A DNA stretch of 64,000 bases. It comes from a virus. The stretch is taken from the UHGV virus genome UHGV-0310767. One strand, written 5' to 3'. Under the pieces are notes generated by a model that saw only the letters and a program-made list of their open reading frames with translations, did no database searches and was not told where the DNA came from. This document shows, piece after piece, positions 9,816 through 19,763 of the stretch. The position numbers were made by a program, and so were the translations under genes. The first letter of the stretch is position 1; each line of letters starts with the position of its first letter.

Positions 9816-10562
9816 ATGAGTGTATTATATCCATCACTTTCTAATACAACGTTTCCAAATACTATTCAAAGTTTTGTAACTTTCTTGAATATTACTCCTA
9901 CTGATGCTTCACTGATTCAAAAATATCAGCTTGCGGTACAGTCAGGAAATATGGAAGAAGCAGAAAATATATTTGGACAAATACAGAATGGTAATCAGAA
10001 AATTATTGATGCTACTAAATTAAATACTTTGGTAGACACTACAGTTGCATTGGAAAACTTTTTTAAAACAGATGTATTTCCTTACATTGATGTTAAGCAG
10101 AATGAATGGCAGAATATTATCAATCTGTTTAATTATAAAGGAGTTTACAGCCCTGTTACTACCTATGTTAAAAATAATTTTGTAACTTTTACTTATAATG
10201 GTGTAGAATATGTATATATTGCTACTGCAAATCCACCTGTAGGAGCAGACCCTACTAATGCCGCTTATTGGAGAAATCTTTCTATTCGTGGTGAAAAGGG
10301 AGACCCAGGAGTAGGAATGTCATTCCTTTATGCATGGGATTCTACGGTTCATTATTCTGTACAAAATGTAGTAACTTATGGTAACTATGTATGGGGTGCG
10401 ACCAAAGAGAATCAGAATCAGGCCCCTTTTGAGGATTCAGAGTATTGGTCTAACATAGGTACGATTAGACCCCGTGTAATCCCTATTACGAGTTCTTACC
10501 CGGCTTTACAGGAGACAGGAGACTTATGGTTCCGCATTTTGACTGATGGGGGGGGTATATAA
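9816..10562 (+). CDS. Tail structural protein (248 aa). The C-terminal GGG is encoded by an in-frame G8 tract.
   Basis: RBS aaggaggtaagaa ATG. G8 at 10548-10555, just before the stop. Confidence 0.45.
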   Translation: MSVLYPSLSNTTFPNTIQSFVTFLNITPTDASLIQKYQLAVQSGNMEEAENIFGQIQNGNQKIIDATKLNTLVDTTVALENFFKTDVFPYIDVKQNEWQNIINLFNYKGVYSPVTTYVKNNFVTFTYNGVEYVYIATANPPVGADPTNAAYWRNLSIRGEKGDPGVGMSFLYAWDSTVHYSVQNVVTYGNYVWGATKENQNQAPFEDSEYWSNIGTIRPRVIPITSSYPALQETGDLWFRILTDGGGI

Positions 10563-10565
10563 AAG

Positions 10566-13500
10566 ATGGAGAATCTTTTTAATTATAAATGGTACGATGG
10601 ATTTACTTCTGCTACTAGAAATGGTATTACTTTTACCAATAATAATGACGGAAGTTTTACTTTATCTGGTACAGAAACATCAGGTATTACAGCCAATTAT
10701 ACCATACAGAACTTAAAATTAACTCATGCACAAAGTCTTGATTTTTTTAAGAATGGGGCAGGAGTTTATACTTTTTCTACTTTTGATAAAAATTCTATGG
10801 TAAATAGTACTCCTAATATGAGAGTTTGGTATTATAAAGATACTTCATCTACTTTTCAAGAACTTTTTAATCCAGCTTTTAATAAAGAAACTTTTAATGT
10901 TACAAGTGATATGCTAAATAGTACATTTTATTTAGAGGTAGGAATTTATAGAAGTATATCTATAAAAGAAACAAACTTTAACAAAACTTTAATACCCTAT
11001 CTTTATTTTGGAGAAGGTACAGGTTTTGACCTTATTAAATGGCAGGATTTAGCCTTAAAGAACGAAAGCTTAAGACAGCAGTTTATGCAGTATTTTAGAG
11101 AAGGATATTATTCTCAGGCATTGGCTCTTATTACAGATAATGCTGATATTGATTCAGAAACAGTAAGACCAGAAGTGTTTAATATGATAAATACTTCTTT
11201 AACTTATTTACAGAATCTTTATTATAATTCTGTAGAGGTTGTATTATCAGAAGATGAACAGCAGTTTCAGCTTATGATAAATAATTTTATTAACAAAAAG
11301 GAATTTAGTGCAACAGCCACATATGTTCCTTATAACTTTGTAGTATATAATCAAGAAATATACATGTGTTTAAAGGCAACTACGGCAGGTATTCTTCCTA
11401 CTAATACAGATTATTGGCTTCTGATTGGATTAAAGGGAGAAATAGGGGCTACAGCTATTGATACCACATTAAAATATAAATGGAATTACAAAATTACTTA
11501 TTCTGTAAAAGATGTAGTCACTTATGATAATATTTTATATGTAGCTAAGACAAGAAATAATAATTCCCAACCTGACACTAATCCAGAAGATTGGGAAATA
11601 TTTATGAAGATTCCTAGAGCGAAAATTATTGTATCTGCTATAGAACCTAATCCAGATGCTTTAGTAGTAGGTGGTCAATGGTGGCAAGTAAATAAAGTAT
11701 ATCCAAATAAAACAGTTACAGTATCAGATGTAAATAATATTTCATTAACAGTAAATGATAGTGAAACAGCACCTATAGAATCAGTAGAAGCTTATGGTAA
11801 TATAGAGCAGTTTTCCACGACCGGGGCACAGATGCTGGATATACCATCATTGTCGGCCCGTACCTCCAATGGAGTAACGTTCACCCCAAATCCAGATGGC
11901 GCCATACTTGCTACCGGAACTGCTACAGGTGGTAATGCCACTTTCTATCTTAGCGATAGACTTTCCGTCCCATCCGGGGATTATTATATTTCAGGCTGTC
12001 CAGACGGTGGCGATAAATCGACCTACGTAATCAAGGGGTATATAAATACGTCCGATGGTACCAGTTATGCATATGCATATGATATCGGTGACGGTGACAC
12101 GTTGACAGTTAAGGACGGACAGACCCTTTCCCTTGCCATAACCATAGGCAACAATGCATCCGGTCCCCTGGTCTTCAGGCCCATGCTCCATGCAGGTTCC
12201 ACGCCCAAGCCCTGGGAACCCTACACTGGCGGCAAACCTTCTCCTAATCCAGAATTTCCACAGGATATTAAAGGAGTAGGTTGGACACCTAATTTATTGA
12301 GTTTTAAAGAGTGGCATGATATTATTGTTTTAAATAGTTCTAAAGGAGTAACAAGAGGAACAGCAATATGGGATTTTTCTCTTAGATATATAACTTTAAC
12401 AGCTACAGAAGAGGATTGTTATACTACTTTTGATGCAAATGATAAAGTTTATAAAATTCCTGTAAAGCCTAATAAGGGATATATTCTTACGTGGGATGCT
12501 ATAGGAGATATAGGAAAAGTATATATATTTCGTAACGGCCTTAGTGCTTCTTCAGTTTCTATAGATAATACTATAGGGGTATTAAGAATGACTACTAATG
12601 CAGATACAGAGTTTATTACGTTTAGATTGGGAGTAACTAATGCAGGAGAATCCTGTACTTATACTAATTTGATGTTTATGGAAGATAATAATTTTATTAC
12701 AGAATATGTAGATTATGCAGAAAAAGGAAAAGGTGTAATGGAAGTAACTACATCTGGATTAAATTTGTTTGATGCTAGTAAGATTCCTACTAAAAGTGAA
12801 AGTGGAGTAACAGTAACCAATAATGGGGATGGTAGTTTTACTATAACAGGAAGTGGTACAGTTACAGCAAGTTTTGGTGGATATTATGTATACAGTAGAA
12901 AAAATGCGATAAAATTTATTGAATATATCGAAAAAAATTTAGGGACTTATTCAATGACCAATGGAGATGTTTTTCCATATTTTTACTGGAAAATTGGTTA
13001 TAGTACTACAAGTGTTTTTGAAATTAATACAAATACTAATTACACAAGAAAAATTTCAAAAGAAATAATAAATACTTTTAAATCAAATGAAAATTTAAAA
13101 ATAATAATTGGTTATCATTTAAGTAATGGGGCTACTATTGTGCCAGGAACAATAAAACCTATGCTTTGGAAAAATGATACTCCACCAACAGTTAATGATT
13201 GGGTTCAATTTTCTGGCATTCCCACTTGTGCAAAAGCTATGTTATCATCTCAACTTTATAAGATAGATAACTATGCACAAGATTATTTTCATTATGGTGA
13301 TGGACAATGGGAAGTAATTCACAAAATAAAGAAAGTTGTGTTAGATGGAACGATTGATTATGACACATATAATATAATGACAAATTCTAAAGAAATAAGA
13401 CCTCTTGGAAGTGCTTATTATAGTATGGTGATTCCTGCAAAAATACAAGGTGCTTATAGCGATAAATTTAGATGGGTTGAAAGTACGTGGAAAAAAGATG

Positions 13501-13829
13501 AAGTAGGAATTTTTTCTAATTTTGCAGGAAATGAAACAAATTACAAATATTTAAGTTTTAGGATTCCTGCTGATGCTGACCCAAATGAGTATATGGATGC
13601 ACACCCTACTACAGTATTATTTATTCCATATAACAATGGAAATGATTATTCTGTAAGTGAAACCATAGAAGATTTTAATGAAGGAAATGAATCTGCTATT
13701 GAATTATCTCAATTGAATAGCTTTTTACCCTCCACACAAATGAGTGTTTCTTCTTATATTGCGCCTACACAAATAGGCTTGACATATTCTGCTGATGTAG
13801 ACACGTATATGAAGAATAATTATACGTGA
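10566..13829 (+). CDS. Large modular tail-fibre / receptor-binding protein (1087 aa) with three copies of a 'G(I/V)TFT(N/P)N(N/P)DGSF(T/I)L(S/T)GT' module and a KPWEPYTGGKPSP linker module also present in the 21488..23038 protein.
   Basis: Internal repeats at aa ~20, ~440 and ~750. Module shared with ORF 21488..23038. Contains a GC-rich patch at 11815-12245. Confidence 0.6.
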   Translation: MENLFNYKWYDGFTSATRNGITFTNNNDGSFTLSGTETSGITANYTIQNLKLTHAQSLDFFKNGAGVYTFSTFDKNSMVNSTPNMRVWYYKDTSSTFQELFNPAFNKETFNVTSDMLNSTFYLEVGIYRSISIKETNFNKTLIPYLYFGEGTGFDLIKWQDLALKNESLRQQFMQYFREGYYSQALALITDNADIDSETVRPEVFNMINTSLTYLQNLYYNSVEVVLSEDEQQFQLMINNFINKKEFSATATYVPYNFVVYNQEIYMCLKATTAGILPTNTDYWLLIGLKGEIGATAIDTTLKYKWNYKITYSVKDVVTYDNILYVAKTRNNNSQPDTNPEDWEIFMKIPRAKIIVSAIEPNPDALVVGGQWWQVNKVYPNKTVTVSDVNNISLTVNDSETAPIESVEAYGNIEQFSTTGAQMLDIPSLSARTSNGVTFTPNPDGAILATGTATGGNATFYLSDRLSVPSGDYYISGCPDGGDKSTYVIKGYINTSDGTSYAYAYDIGDGDTLTVKDGQTLSLAITIGNNASGPLVFRPMLHAGSTPKPWEPYTGGKPSPNPEFPQDIKGVGWTPNLLSFKEWHDIIVLNSSKGVTRGTAIWDFSLRYITLTATEEDCYTTFDANDKVYKIPVKPNKGYILTWDAIGDIGKVYIFRNGLSASSVSIDNTIGVLRMTTNADTEFITFRLGVTNAGESCTYTNLMFMEDNNFITEYVDYAEKGKGVMEVTTSGLNLFDASKIPTKSESGVTVTNNGDGSFTITGSGTVTASFGGYYVYSRKNAIKFIEYIEKNLGTYSMTNGDVFPYFYWKIGYSTTSVFEINTNTNYTRKISKEIINTFKSNENLKIIIGYHLSNGATIVPGTIKPMLWKNDTPPTVNDWVQFSGIPTCAKAMLSSQLYKIDNYAQDYFHYGDGQWEVIHKIKKVVLDGTIDYDTYNIMTNSKEIRPLGSAYYSMVIPAKIQGAYSDKFRWVESTWKKDEVGIFSNFAGNETNYKYLSFRIPADADPNEYMDAHPTTVLFIPYNNGNDYSVSETIEDFNEGNESAIELSQLNSFLPSTQMSVSSYIAPTQIGLTYSADVDTYMKNNYT

Positions 13830-13868
13830 TTGATATAAATATTAAAATAATTGAAAGGAGTGGTAAAA

Positions 13869-14234
13869 ATGGCTCAGATGAACATTGAAATGAACGTAAA
13901 AAATGATACTGGGTATGACCAGCTTCATCCTAAAACCAATGTTGATGTAGTAGAAGGAGCGGCCCCTAAATCCATAGGGGCTACTGCTACTGCCACTGTA
14001 GCAGGATGGACAGGAACAGCGGCACCATTTACACAAATAATTAGTATAGCTGGTGTTACTACTACAAATAATATTGAAGTAGGTTTAGCTTCTACTGTTA
14101 ATTTAGACCAACTTAAAATGGCTATGAAATGTATTATTCAGTGTACAGCACAAGCGAATAATCAGGTTACTTTAACAGCGTTTAAGAATAAACCTACAAT
14201 TGATTTACCTATCCAGGTAATAATTTTGGGTTAA
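13869..14234 (+). CDS. Small Ala/Thr-rich structural protein. The start is probably the ATG at 13869, which sits after the RBS gaaaggagtggtaaaa.
   Basis: The ORF track begins at 13851, but the RBS sits directly upstream of the internal Met (MAQMNIEMNVK). Confidence 0.45.
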   Translation: MAQMNIEMNVKNDTGYDQLHPKTNVDVVEGAAPKSIGATATATVAGWTGTAAPFTQIISIAGVTTTNNIEVGLASTVNLDQLKMAMKCIIQCTAQANNQVTLTAFKNKPTIDLPIQVIILG

Positions 14235-14264
14235 GAACAAAAAGAAAGAAAGGAAAATAGTTTT

Positions 14265-15133
14265 ATGAGTGTGTTAAACAGATTCCCAACTGGGGGGGCA
14301 GTAATGATGGTTTGACAGCCACCCCAGGAGAAGTTTTAAGTGGTTACAAATTCGTAGGGGCCAGTACAGACGATGTTCAAGTGGGTACTTTACAACTTAC
14401 TGGTAATGCCGCAACGAACCATGTACTTAGTGGTACTACGTTTTATACAAACAACCCCAAGAATAAGCTTACTGGTTATATGGCAATCAATAACATCAGA
14501 GGATTTTCTGTAAGTCTTATAAGTGGCAGAAATGTAACGGTTCAATGGACTAATCCTGTACAAACTGCTGGATATCCTTACAGTGGGGTATATGTAAAAT
14601 ACCAAACAGGTTCCTATCCCACTCCTTCCACTGGTACACAGGCGTACAAGGGAGTAGGAAGCAGTGGGGCAAGTGGGGCCGCTTCTACTGTTTTCAGAAA
14701 TGGTGTAGTTTTATGTAGTGCAGATGGTGGTAAATCCAATACCAGTAAAACTTATGATGGTGGCTCTGGCGGCTCTGGTGGCGGCGGTGGTGGTCAGAGA
14801 GATGGTAATATTCCTGGACAATGGGGTGGTTCTAATGGTGCTGGTGGAGGTAGTGTAGCGGCTAGTGGTAGTGGCGGTAGAGGTCAAGGATTTACTACTA
14901 CTGCTTTTAGAGAAAACTGGGGAACTGTTTACTCAGGTGGTGGCGGCGGTGCTGGTGCTAATACTGGCTCTGGTGGCGGTGGAAACGCTGGCGGTGGAGG
15001 TGGTGGAGGCGCTTATGGTGGTGGCGGCTGGGGTTCAGCTAATACAGGTGGTGGGGGAGGTGGTCAATACTGGCCCAACGGAACCAACGGTGGAAATGGA
15101 GGTTCTGGTGTAATATTGATAAGAATAAAATAA
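14265..15133 (+). CDS. Glycine-rich tail-fibre paralog 1. The conserved N-terminus MSVLNRFPTGG is followed by a G7 tract (14292-14298) that puts the body (tracked as ORF 14312..15133) out of frame; G8 would restore it.
   Basis: ATG at 14265 with RBS aaaggaaaatagtttt. The N-terminal peptide matches the paralogs at 17631 and 48467. The body is homologous to 15174, 17631 and 47324 and ends in the family C-terminus GSGVILIRIK. Confidence 0.65.
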
Positions 15134-15173
15134 TTTAACGGTATGAAAATTTAAAGAAAGGAAATAATTAAGT

Positions 15174-16526
15174 ATGGCTATAATGAATAACTTTGCTTCT
15201 GGTGGTGCGCCTACAGATGAATTGACGGCAACCCCGGCAGAAGTAATGAAAGGTTATAAATTTCTAGGTGCTGGTTCTGATGAAGAACAAACTGGTACAT
15301 TGGAATTAACTGGAAATGCGGCTGTTAATCATGTTTTACAAGGTGAAACATTTTATAATACAAATCCTAAGAACAAACTTACAGGTACTATGACTGTAAA
15401 TAGTATATTTTCTTTTAAGGCGCAAGTAGTCAGTGGGCGGCAGATTTTGTTTACATGGCAAAATCCGACTACTGCGACAGGAAAGCCGTTCAGCGGAGTA
15501 TGTATAAATTATTCTACTTCTGGATATCCTGGTACGGGAGGTACACGATTATATACAGGAGTAGGAAGCAATAGTGCTTCTGGTGGTACATCTCAAGCTT
15601 ATTTAAATTTACCTAATCTTAATACAGCTTATTATTTTAGTTGTTATTCTTTTGTGAATATTAATAATAATGCAGATAATAAGTATGGTACAGTATTCAA
15701 TGCTAGTGCAACTACAGGAAGAAACATAAGTTTAACTTTTACTCAAAGTCAAGACTATACAATTCCAGGAGGATTTACATTGTTAGATGTATTCCTTGTA
15801 GGAGGTGGAAATAGTGGTATAAGAGGTAACGGAAGAGCTAATAATTGGAAATATGCAGGAGATGGAGGTGGCGGTGGTTATACCAAAACGCAAAGAAATA
15901 TTGGTATAGCTGGCGGTCAAGTTTTAAGATTTAATGTAGGTGGTGGTGGTGGATTTGTTGCAGGTTTAGCATACAATCAATCTGGACAAAGAACTTTTAA
16001 TGTAGGAGGGGTTTCAAGTGTAGTAAGAAGTGGAAGTGTTTTAGCTACTGTTAATGGAGGAAATGATTTTAATGGTGGCTCTGGTGGCGGCGCATATGGT
16101 GAACAAGTATATTTTGGAGAGAATGATTTTAAACACTATGTAGGAAATGGAGGTTCTAATGGTGGAAATGGTGGTTCTACTTTAATAAATAGAAATGGAA
16201 CTACAAGACCAGGAGGTGCAGGACAGAGATTTAGTACAAGAGCCTGGGATGGAACAGGTGCACAATACTCTGCTGGTGGCGGTGGTGGTGCACAACCAGG
16301 AGCAAGATTAGCTGGTTCTGGCGGCTCTGGTGGTAGCCCAGGTGGAGGTAAAGGTGGTAATGCTTGGGCTGGTGGAACAAATGGAGAAAATGGACAAAAC
16401 GGTTCTGCAAATACTGGCTCTGGCGGCGGTGGTGGCGGCGGTTGTGCCTATTATCAAGGTCGTTCTGGTGGTAGTGGTGGAGGCGGTGCTGGTGGTTCTG
16501 GTATCATTTTAGCCATTCTTCATTAA
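15174..16526 (+). CDS. Glycine-rich tail-fibre paralog 2. Intact, with no homopolymer at the N-terminus (MAIMNNFASGGAP).
   Basis: 450 aa. Conserved N-terminal domain (LTATPxEVxxGYKFxG ... TGNAxxNHV ... NPK ... SGR ... PYSGV). Long Gly-rich C-terminal part ending in GSGIILAILH. Confidence 0.7.
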   Translation: MAIMNNFASGGAPTDELTATPAEVMKGYKFLGAGSDEEQTGTLELTGNAAVNHVLQGETFYNTNPKNKLTGTMTVNSIFSFKAQVVSGRQILFTWQNPTTATGKPFSGVCINYSTSGYPGTGGTRLYTGVGSNSASGGTSQAYLNLPNLNTAYYFSCYSFVNINNNADNKYGTVFNASATTGRNISLTFTQSQDYTIPGGFTLLDVFLVGGGNSGIRGNGRANNWKYAGDGGGGGYTKTQRNIGIAGGQVLRFNVGGGGGFVAGLAYNQSGQRTFNVGGVSSVVRSGSVLATVNGGNDFNGGSGGGAYGEQVYFGENDFKHYVGNGGSNGGNGGSTLINRNGTTRPGGAGQRFSTRAWDGTGAQYSAGGGGGAQPGARLAGSGGSGGSPGGGKGGNAWAGGTNGENGQNGSANTGSGGGGGGGCAYYQGRSGGSGGGGAGGSGIILAILH

Positions 16527-16564
16527 TTTTAAAAATAAATTTTAAGAATGAAAGGAAAAGAAAA

Positions 16565-17284
16565 ATGATTGTACATCAGGTTTATGCGTATATTTGGAAT
16601 GAAACTGTACAGAATGTTGTAGTATGTGATAATTACCAGTTAGCGAATGATATCGCCAAAGGTTGTTATGGTAATGATGCTTTTGCTGTAGATTGCTTAC
16701 AATATCCTTGTCAAATTGGAGATAAATATGTAGATGGGAGATTCTATAGAGTTCCAGACGCTACTGAAAATGGAGTGTTGATAGCAAAACCTATGGATAC
16801 TACACCTGTTGATGTTAGTAAATTAGTGGAAATTGAATATGTTTCAACACAGGAACAGGAAGTTGCTACTTTAAAAGCACAGAATGCTATATTAGCTACT
16901 GCTACTTCGTTTATGATTAACACCTTTACAGATGAACAAGCTATTATGGTAGCTGACCTTTATCCTTTATGGTCTGGTGAAAGTGTAAAATATGAAGTTG
17001 GAGAAAGAATAAAGGATGAAAATTATATCCTTTATAAAGTAATTACTGCTCATACGTCACAGCCAGATTGGAAACCTTCTGTATCTCCTTCATTATTTGC
17101 AAAAGTATTAGTGGAAAATCCTAATGAAGTTACTGAGTGGAAACAGCCTGATAGCACTAATGGTTATGATAAAGACATAGTAGTACTTCATAATGGAAAG
17201 GAGTGGAAGTCCCTTGTAAACGGTAATATATGGGAACCAGGAGTTGTAGGAACAGAAACTTTATGGGAAGAAGTAATAAAATAG
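16565..17284 (+). CDS. Hypothetical protein within the tail-fibre cluster (239 aa). Possibly a fibre assembly or accessory protein.
   Basis: RBS gaaaggaaaagaaaa ATG. Located between fibre paralogs 2 and 3. Confidence 0.4.
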   Translation: MIVHQVYAYIWNETVQNVVVCDNYQLANDIAKGCYGNDAFAVDCLQYPCQIGDKYVDGRFYRVPDATENGVLIAKPMDTTPVDVSKLVEIEYVSTQEQEVATLKAQNAILATATSFMINTFTDEQAIMVADLYPLWSGESVKYEVGERIKDENYILYKVITAHTSQPDWKPSVSPSLFAKVLVENPNEVTEWKQPDSTNGYDKDIVVLHNGKEWKSLVNGNIWEPGVVGTETLWEEVIK

Positions 17285-17389
17285 ACATTAAACTACAAAT
17301 TCTACAAAGTAAATGTATATTATACCCTAAAAAGGGTATAATATAAATGTAACCATAAAAAATGATTTCAAGAAAGAGAGGAATTTATA

Positions 17390-17553
17390 ATGGCAGTTTT
17401 AAAAGGTCACAGTGACAAGAGGACACCGGAACAGAGACATGATGATGCAATTAATATGCGTGAGGATGTAAAGCCCACTGCTCTTAACACAGAAAAGAAT
17501 TACGTGACTACTGGCCCAGGTACAGGCAAGGAAGATGAACGTAACGATTGATA
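17390..17553 (+). CDS. Small hypothetical protein (54 aa). Not in the ORF track.
   Basis: ATG preceded by agagaggaatttataATG. Followed by a hairpin terminator at 17561-17590. Confidence 0.3.
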
Positions 17554-17630
17554 ATTGAAAAAGGGAAGGGTAAAACCTTCCCTTTTTACATATTTTTTAA
17601 TATGAATAAAAGGAAAAGAGGGAAATAAAA

Positions 17631-18866
17631 ATGAGTATATTAAACCACTTCCCTACTGGGGGGGGCATAAGTGATACACTAACGGCTACGCCAGAGGATG
17701 TAATGAAAGGGTTTAAATTTGTAGGTTTGCTTCAAGATGATGTGGAAATTGGCACTTTAGAACTTACAGGAAACGCTTTAATTAATCACGTTACAAAAGA
17801 CAAGACATTTTATACTACTAATCCCAAACAAATAATGACAGGAATTATGGAAGTTAATAATGCTAGTAATCTTGTGCTAAGTTTGGCTAGTGGACGTAAC
17901 GTAATAATAAAATGGACTAATCCCAAAGTGACTACAGGCAGACCTTATAGTGGCGTTTATGTTCGTTATCAGACAGGAAGTTATCCAACGCCAACTACAG
18001 GTACACAAGGGTACAAAGGGGTAGGGAGTACTTCTTCGGCTGGTAGCGTATCTCAGGTCACTTTGGCTTTACCTAACCTTAATACCACTTATTACTTCAT
18101 TGTTTACTCTTATTGCACTACCAGTAATGGAGAATTAATTGGCTCTCAATTAAAAGGTACTATAAAAACAGGAAATACTCAAACAATTACCATAAAAAGT
18201 AATCAAAATTACACTGTGCCAGCAGGATATAAAACAGCAGACATATTTTGTGTTGGTGGTGGTGGAGGTAATTATTCCAGTTCTAAATATTATAGTGGAG
18301 GTGGTGCTGGGGGAGGATATACTAAAACTGTTAGCAATATAGGCATTTCTTCTGGTCAAGTACTAAGTTGTACAATAGGAGGAAGTGGTGGGGCAACTTC
18401 GGTTTCTCGTAGTGGAACAGTACTTTGTATTGCTAATGGAGGGAAACAAAGTTCTGCTGGTACTGCTAGTGTAGGTGGTTCTGGTGGTGGCGGTTATACA
18501 GATAATTCAAGATACAATGGAGGAAATGGTGGTAGTAATGGAGGTGGTGGTTCAAGTTCTGGTGCTGGTGCTGGTGCTTTAGGACAGGGAACAACCACAA
18601 GAGCATTTGGTGAAAGTTCTGGTGCTTTATACTCAGGAGGGGGTGGCGGCGGTGCCTACTACTCTAGTTCATCTTCTGGTGGTGCAGGAGGTGCAGGAGG
18701 CGGTGGTGCTGGTGGAAGAAGAAGTAGCCGTCCAGGACAAAATGGGGCCGCTAACACAGGTGGGGGTGCAGGAGGTGGATTTCAAAGTAATACTTCTAAT
18801 CCTTCTGAAAATCCTGATAACAGTAGCCAAGGAGGAAGCGGTATTATTTTAATTAGATTAAAGTAA
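17631..18866 (+). CDS. Glycine-rich tail-fibre paralog 3. In frame, with a G8 tract (17658-17665) encoding the conserved FPTGGG.
   Basis: 411 aa. N-terminus MSILNHFPTGGGISDTLTATPEDVMKGFKF. Ends in GSGIILIRLK. Closest to the minus-strand copy at 47324..48467. Confidence 0.7.
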   Translation: MSILNHFPTGGGISDTLTATPEDVMKGFKFVGLLQDDVEIGTLELTGNALINHVTKDKTFYTTNPKQIMTGIMEVNNASNLVLSLASGRNVIIKWTNPKVTTGRPYSGVYVRYQTGSYPTPTTGTQGYKGVGSTSSAGSVSQVTLALPNLNTTYYFIVYSYCTTSNGELIGSQLKGTIKTGNTQTITIKSNQNYTVPAGYKTADIFCVGGGGGNYSSSKYYSGGGAGGGYTKTVSNIGISSGQVLSCTIGGSGGATSVSRSGTVLCIANGGKQSSAGTASVGGSGGGGYTDNSRYNGGNGGSNGGGGSSSGAGAGALGQGTTTRAFGESSGALYSGGGGGGAYYSSSSSGGAGGAGGGGAGGRRSSRPGQNGAANTGGGAGGGFQSNTSNPSENPDNSSQGGSGIILIRLK

Positions 18867-18905
18867 CAAATAGTGTAAAAAATAAATGAAAGAAAGGGAA
18901 TAATT

Positions 18906-19763
18906 ATGGCAATACTTAATCGTTTTCCTACTGGGGGGAGGCTTATCTTCTGAGGTCACAGCAACTAACAATCAGCTTTTAACAGGGTATACAGCTATAA
19001 CGGCTAACTCTGATGATGAACCAATTGAAGGAACTATGCCTAATTGTGGTACACAGAATTATAGTTTACCTATAAATGGAAGTTATACTATCCCAGAAGG
19101 TTATCATTCTGGCGAAGGTAAGGTAACTCAATCTGTTACTACTATGAAGAGTTCTAATATAACACCTAATACATCTGTAGTAACAATTCCCACCAATCAG
19201 AAATATATTGATGGGAATTTTACTATTCCTGCATTTGCTTTACCATCTGCTTCTATTTTGAAAAAAAAGGAGCAACATATACTTTATATGGAAAAAAGGT
19301 TACAGGAGAATTTGAGGGCTTCGTTCCTAGTGTTACAGATTTATATTACAAAGGAAATAATATAGCTAATTTCAGTTTTAAGGTGGCATATGGATATTCT
19401 GTACTAGGCTCTGTTAAATTTGAAACTGCTCAAATGATAACTACATCAGATAGAAATGGAACTGCTGGCCCTTTATGTAGTGGAAGAAGTTATAATTTAA
19501 CTCCTTATAATTCAATTAATATTGAAGTAAATCCTCCAACTCCATCTATTTCTTTATCTACAGTTTATAGGGGTGTAGTATTTCATTATGGGAGTGATTT
19601 AAATACAAGAGATGCATTTATAAATTCAACAAAACCATCAACTTATGTATTTAGTTTTGATATATCAGGAATAAATGCAACTAAATGGTTTGCGTTTATG
19701 TTTTTTTATAAAGAAAATACTAGTGCCTATAAAGGAATTATAAATCGTATTTGGTTCAGTTAA
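18906..19763 (+). CDS. Tail-fibre-like protein 4. It has the same FPTGG N-terminal leader and a different, non-Gly-rich body. It is currently broken into three ORFs by a G6 tract (18933-18938) and an A8 tract (19261-19268).
   Basis: ATG 18906 with RBS gaaagggaataatt. The frame reconnects to ORF 19036..19365 with G5 or G8. ORF 19036..19365 reconnects to 19383..19763 with A9, giving a plausible continuous sequence ...ILKKKGATYTLYGKKVTGEFEGF... Confidence 0.5.

Noticed and set aside
10566-13829. Diversity-generating retroelement (VR/TR) explanation for fibre variability
   Set aside because: No reverse transcriptase ORF anywhere in the window, and no near-identical template repeat with adenine-specific differences was seen. 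Variability instead maps to homopolymers and module exchange.
14865-18852. + strand ORFs 14865..15113, 16330..16512 and 18607..18852, and minus-strand ORF 47338..47550 (Val/Ala/Leu-rich)
   Set aside because: Alternate frames inside the Gly-rich (GGN-repeat) parts of the fibre genes; codon periodicity belongs to the annotated frame.
14312-18866. Collagen-like triple-helix interpretation of the Gly-rich fibre C-termini
   Set aside because: No G-X-Y periodicity. Runs are GGGG/GGSGG, closer to glycine-rich beta or flexible segments. They are called simply glycine-rich fibre paralogs.
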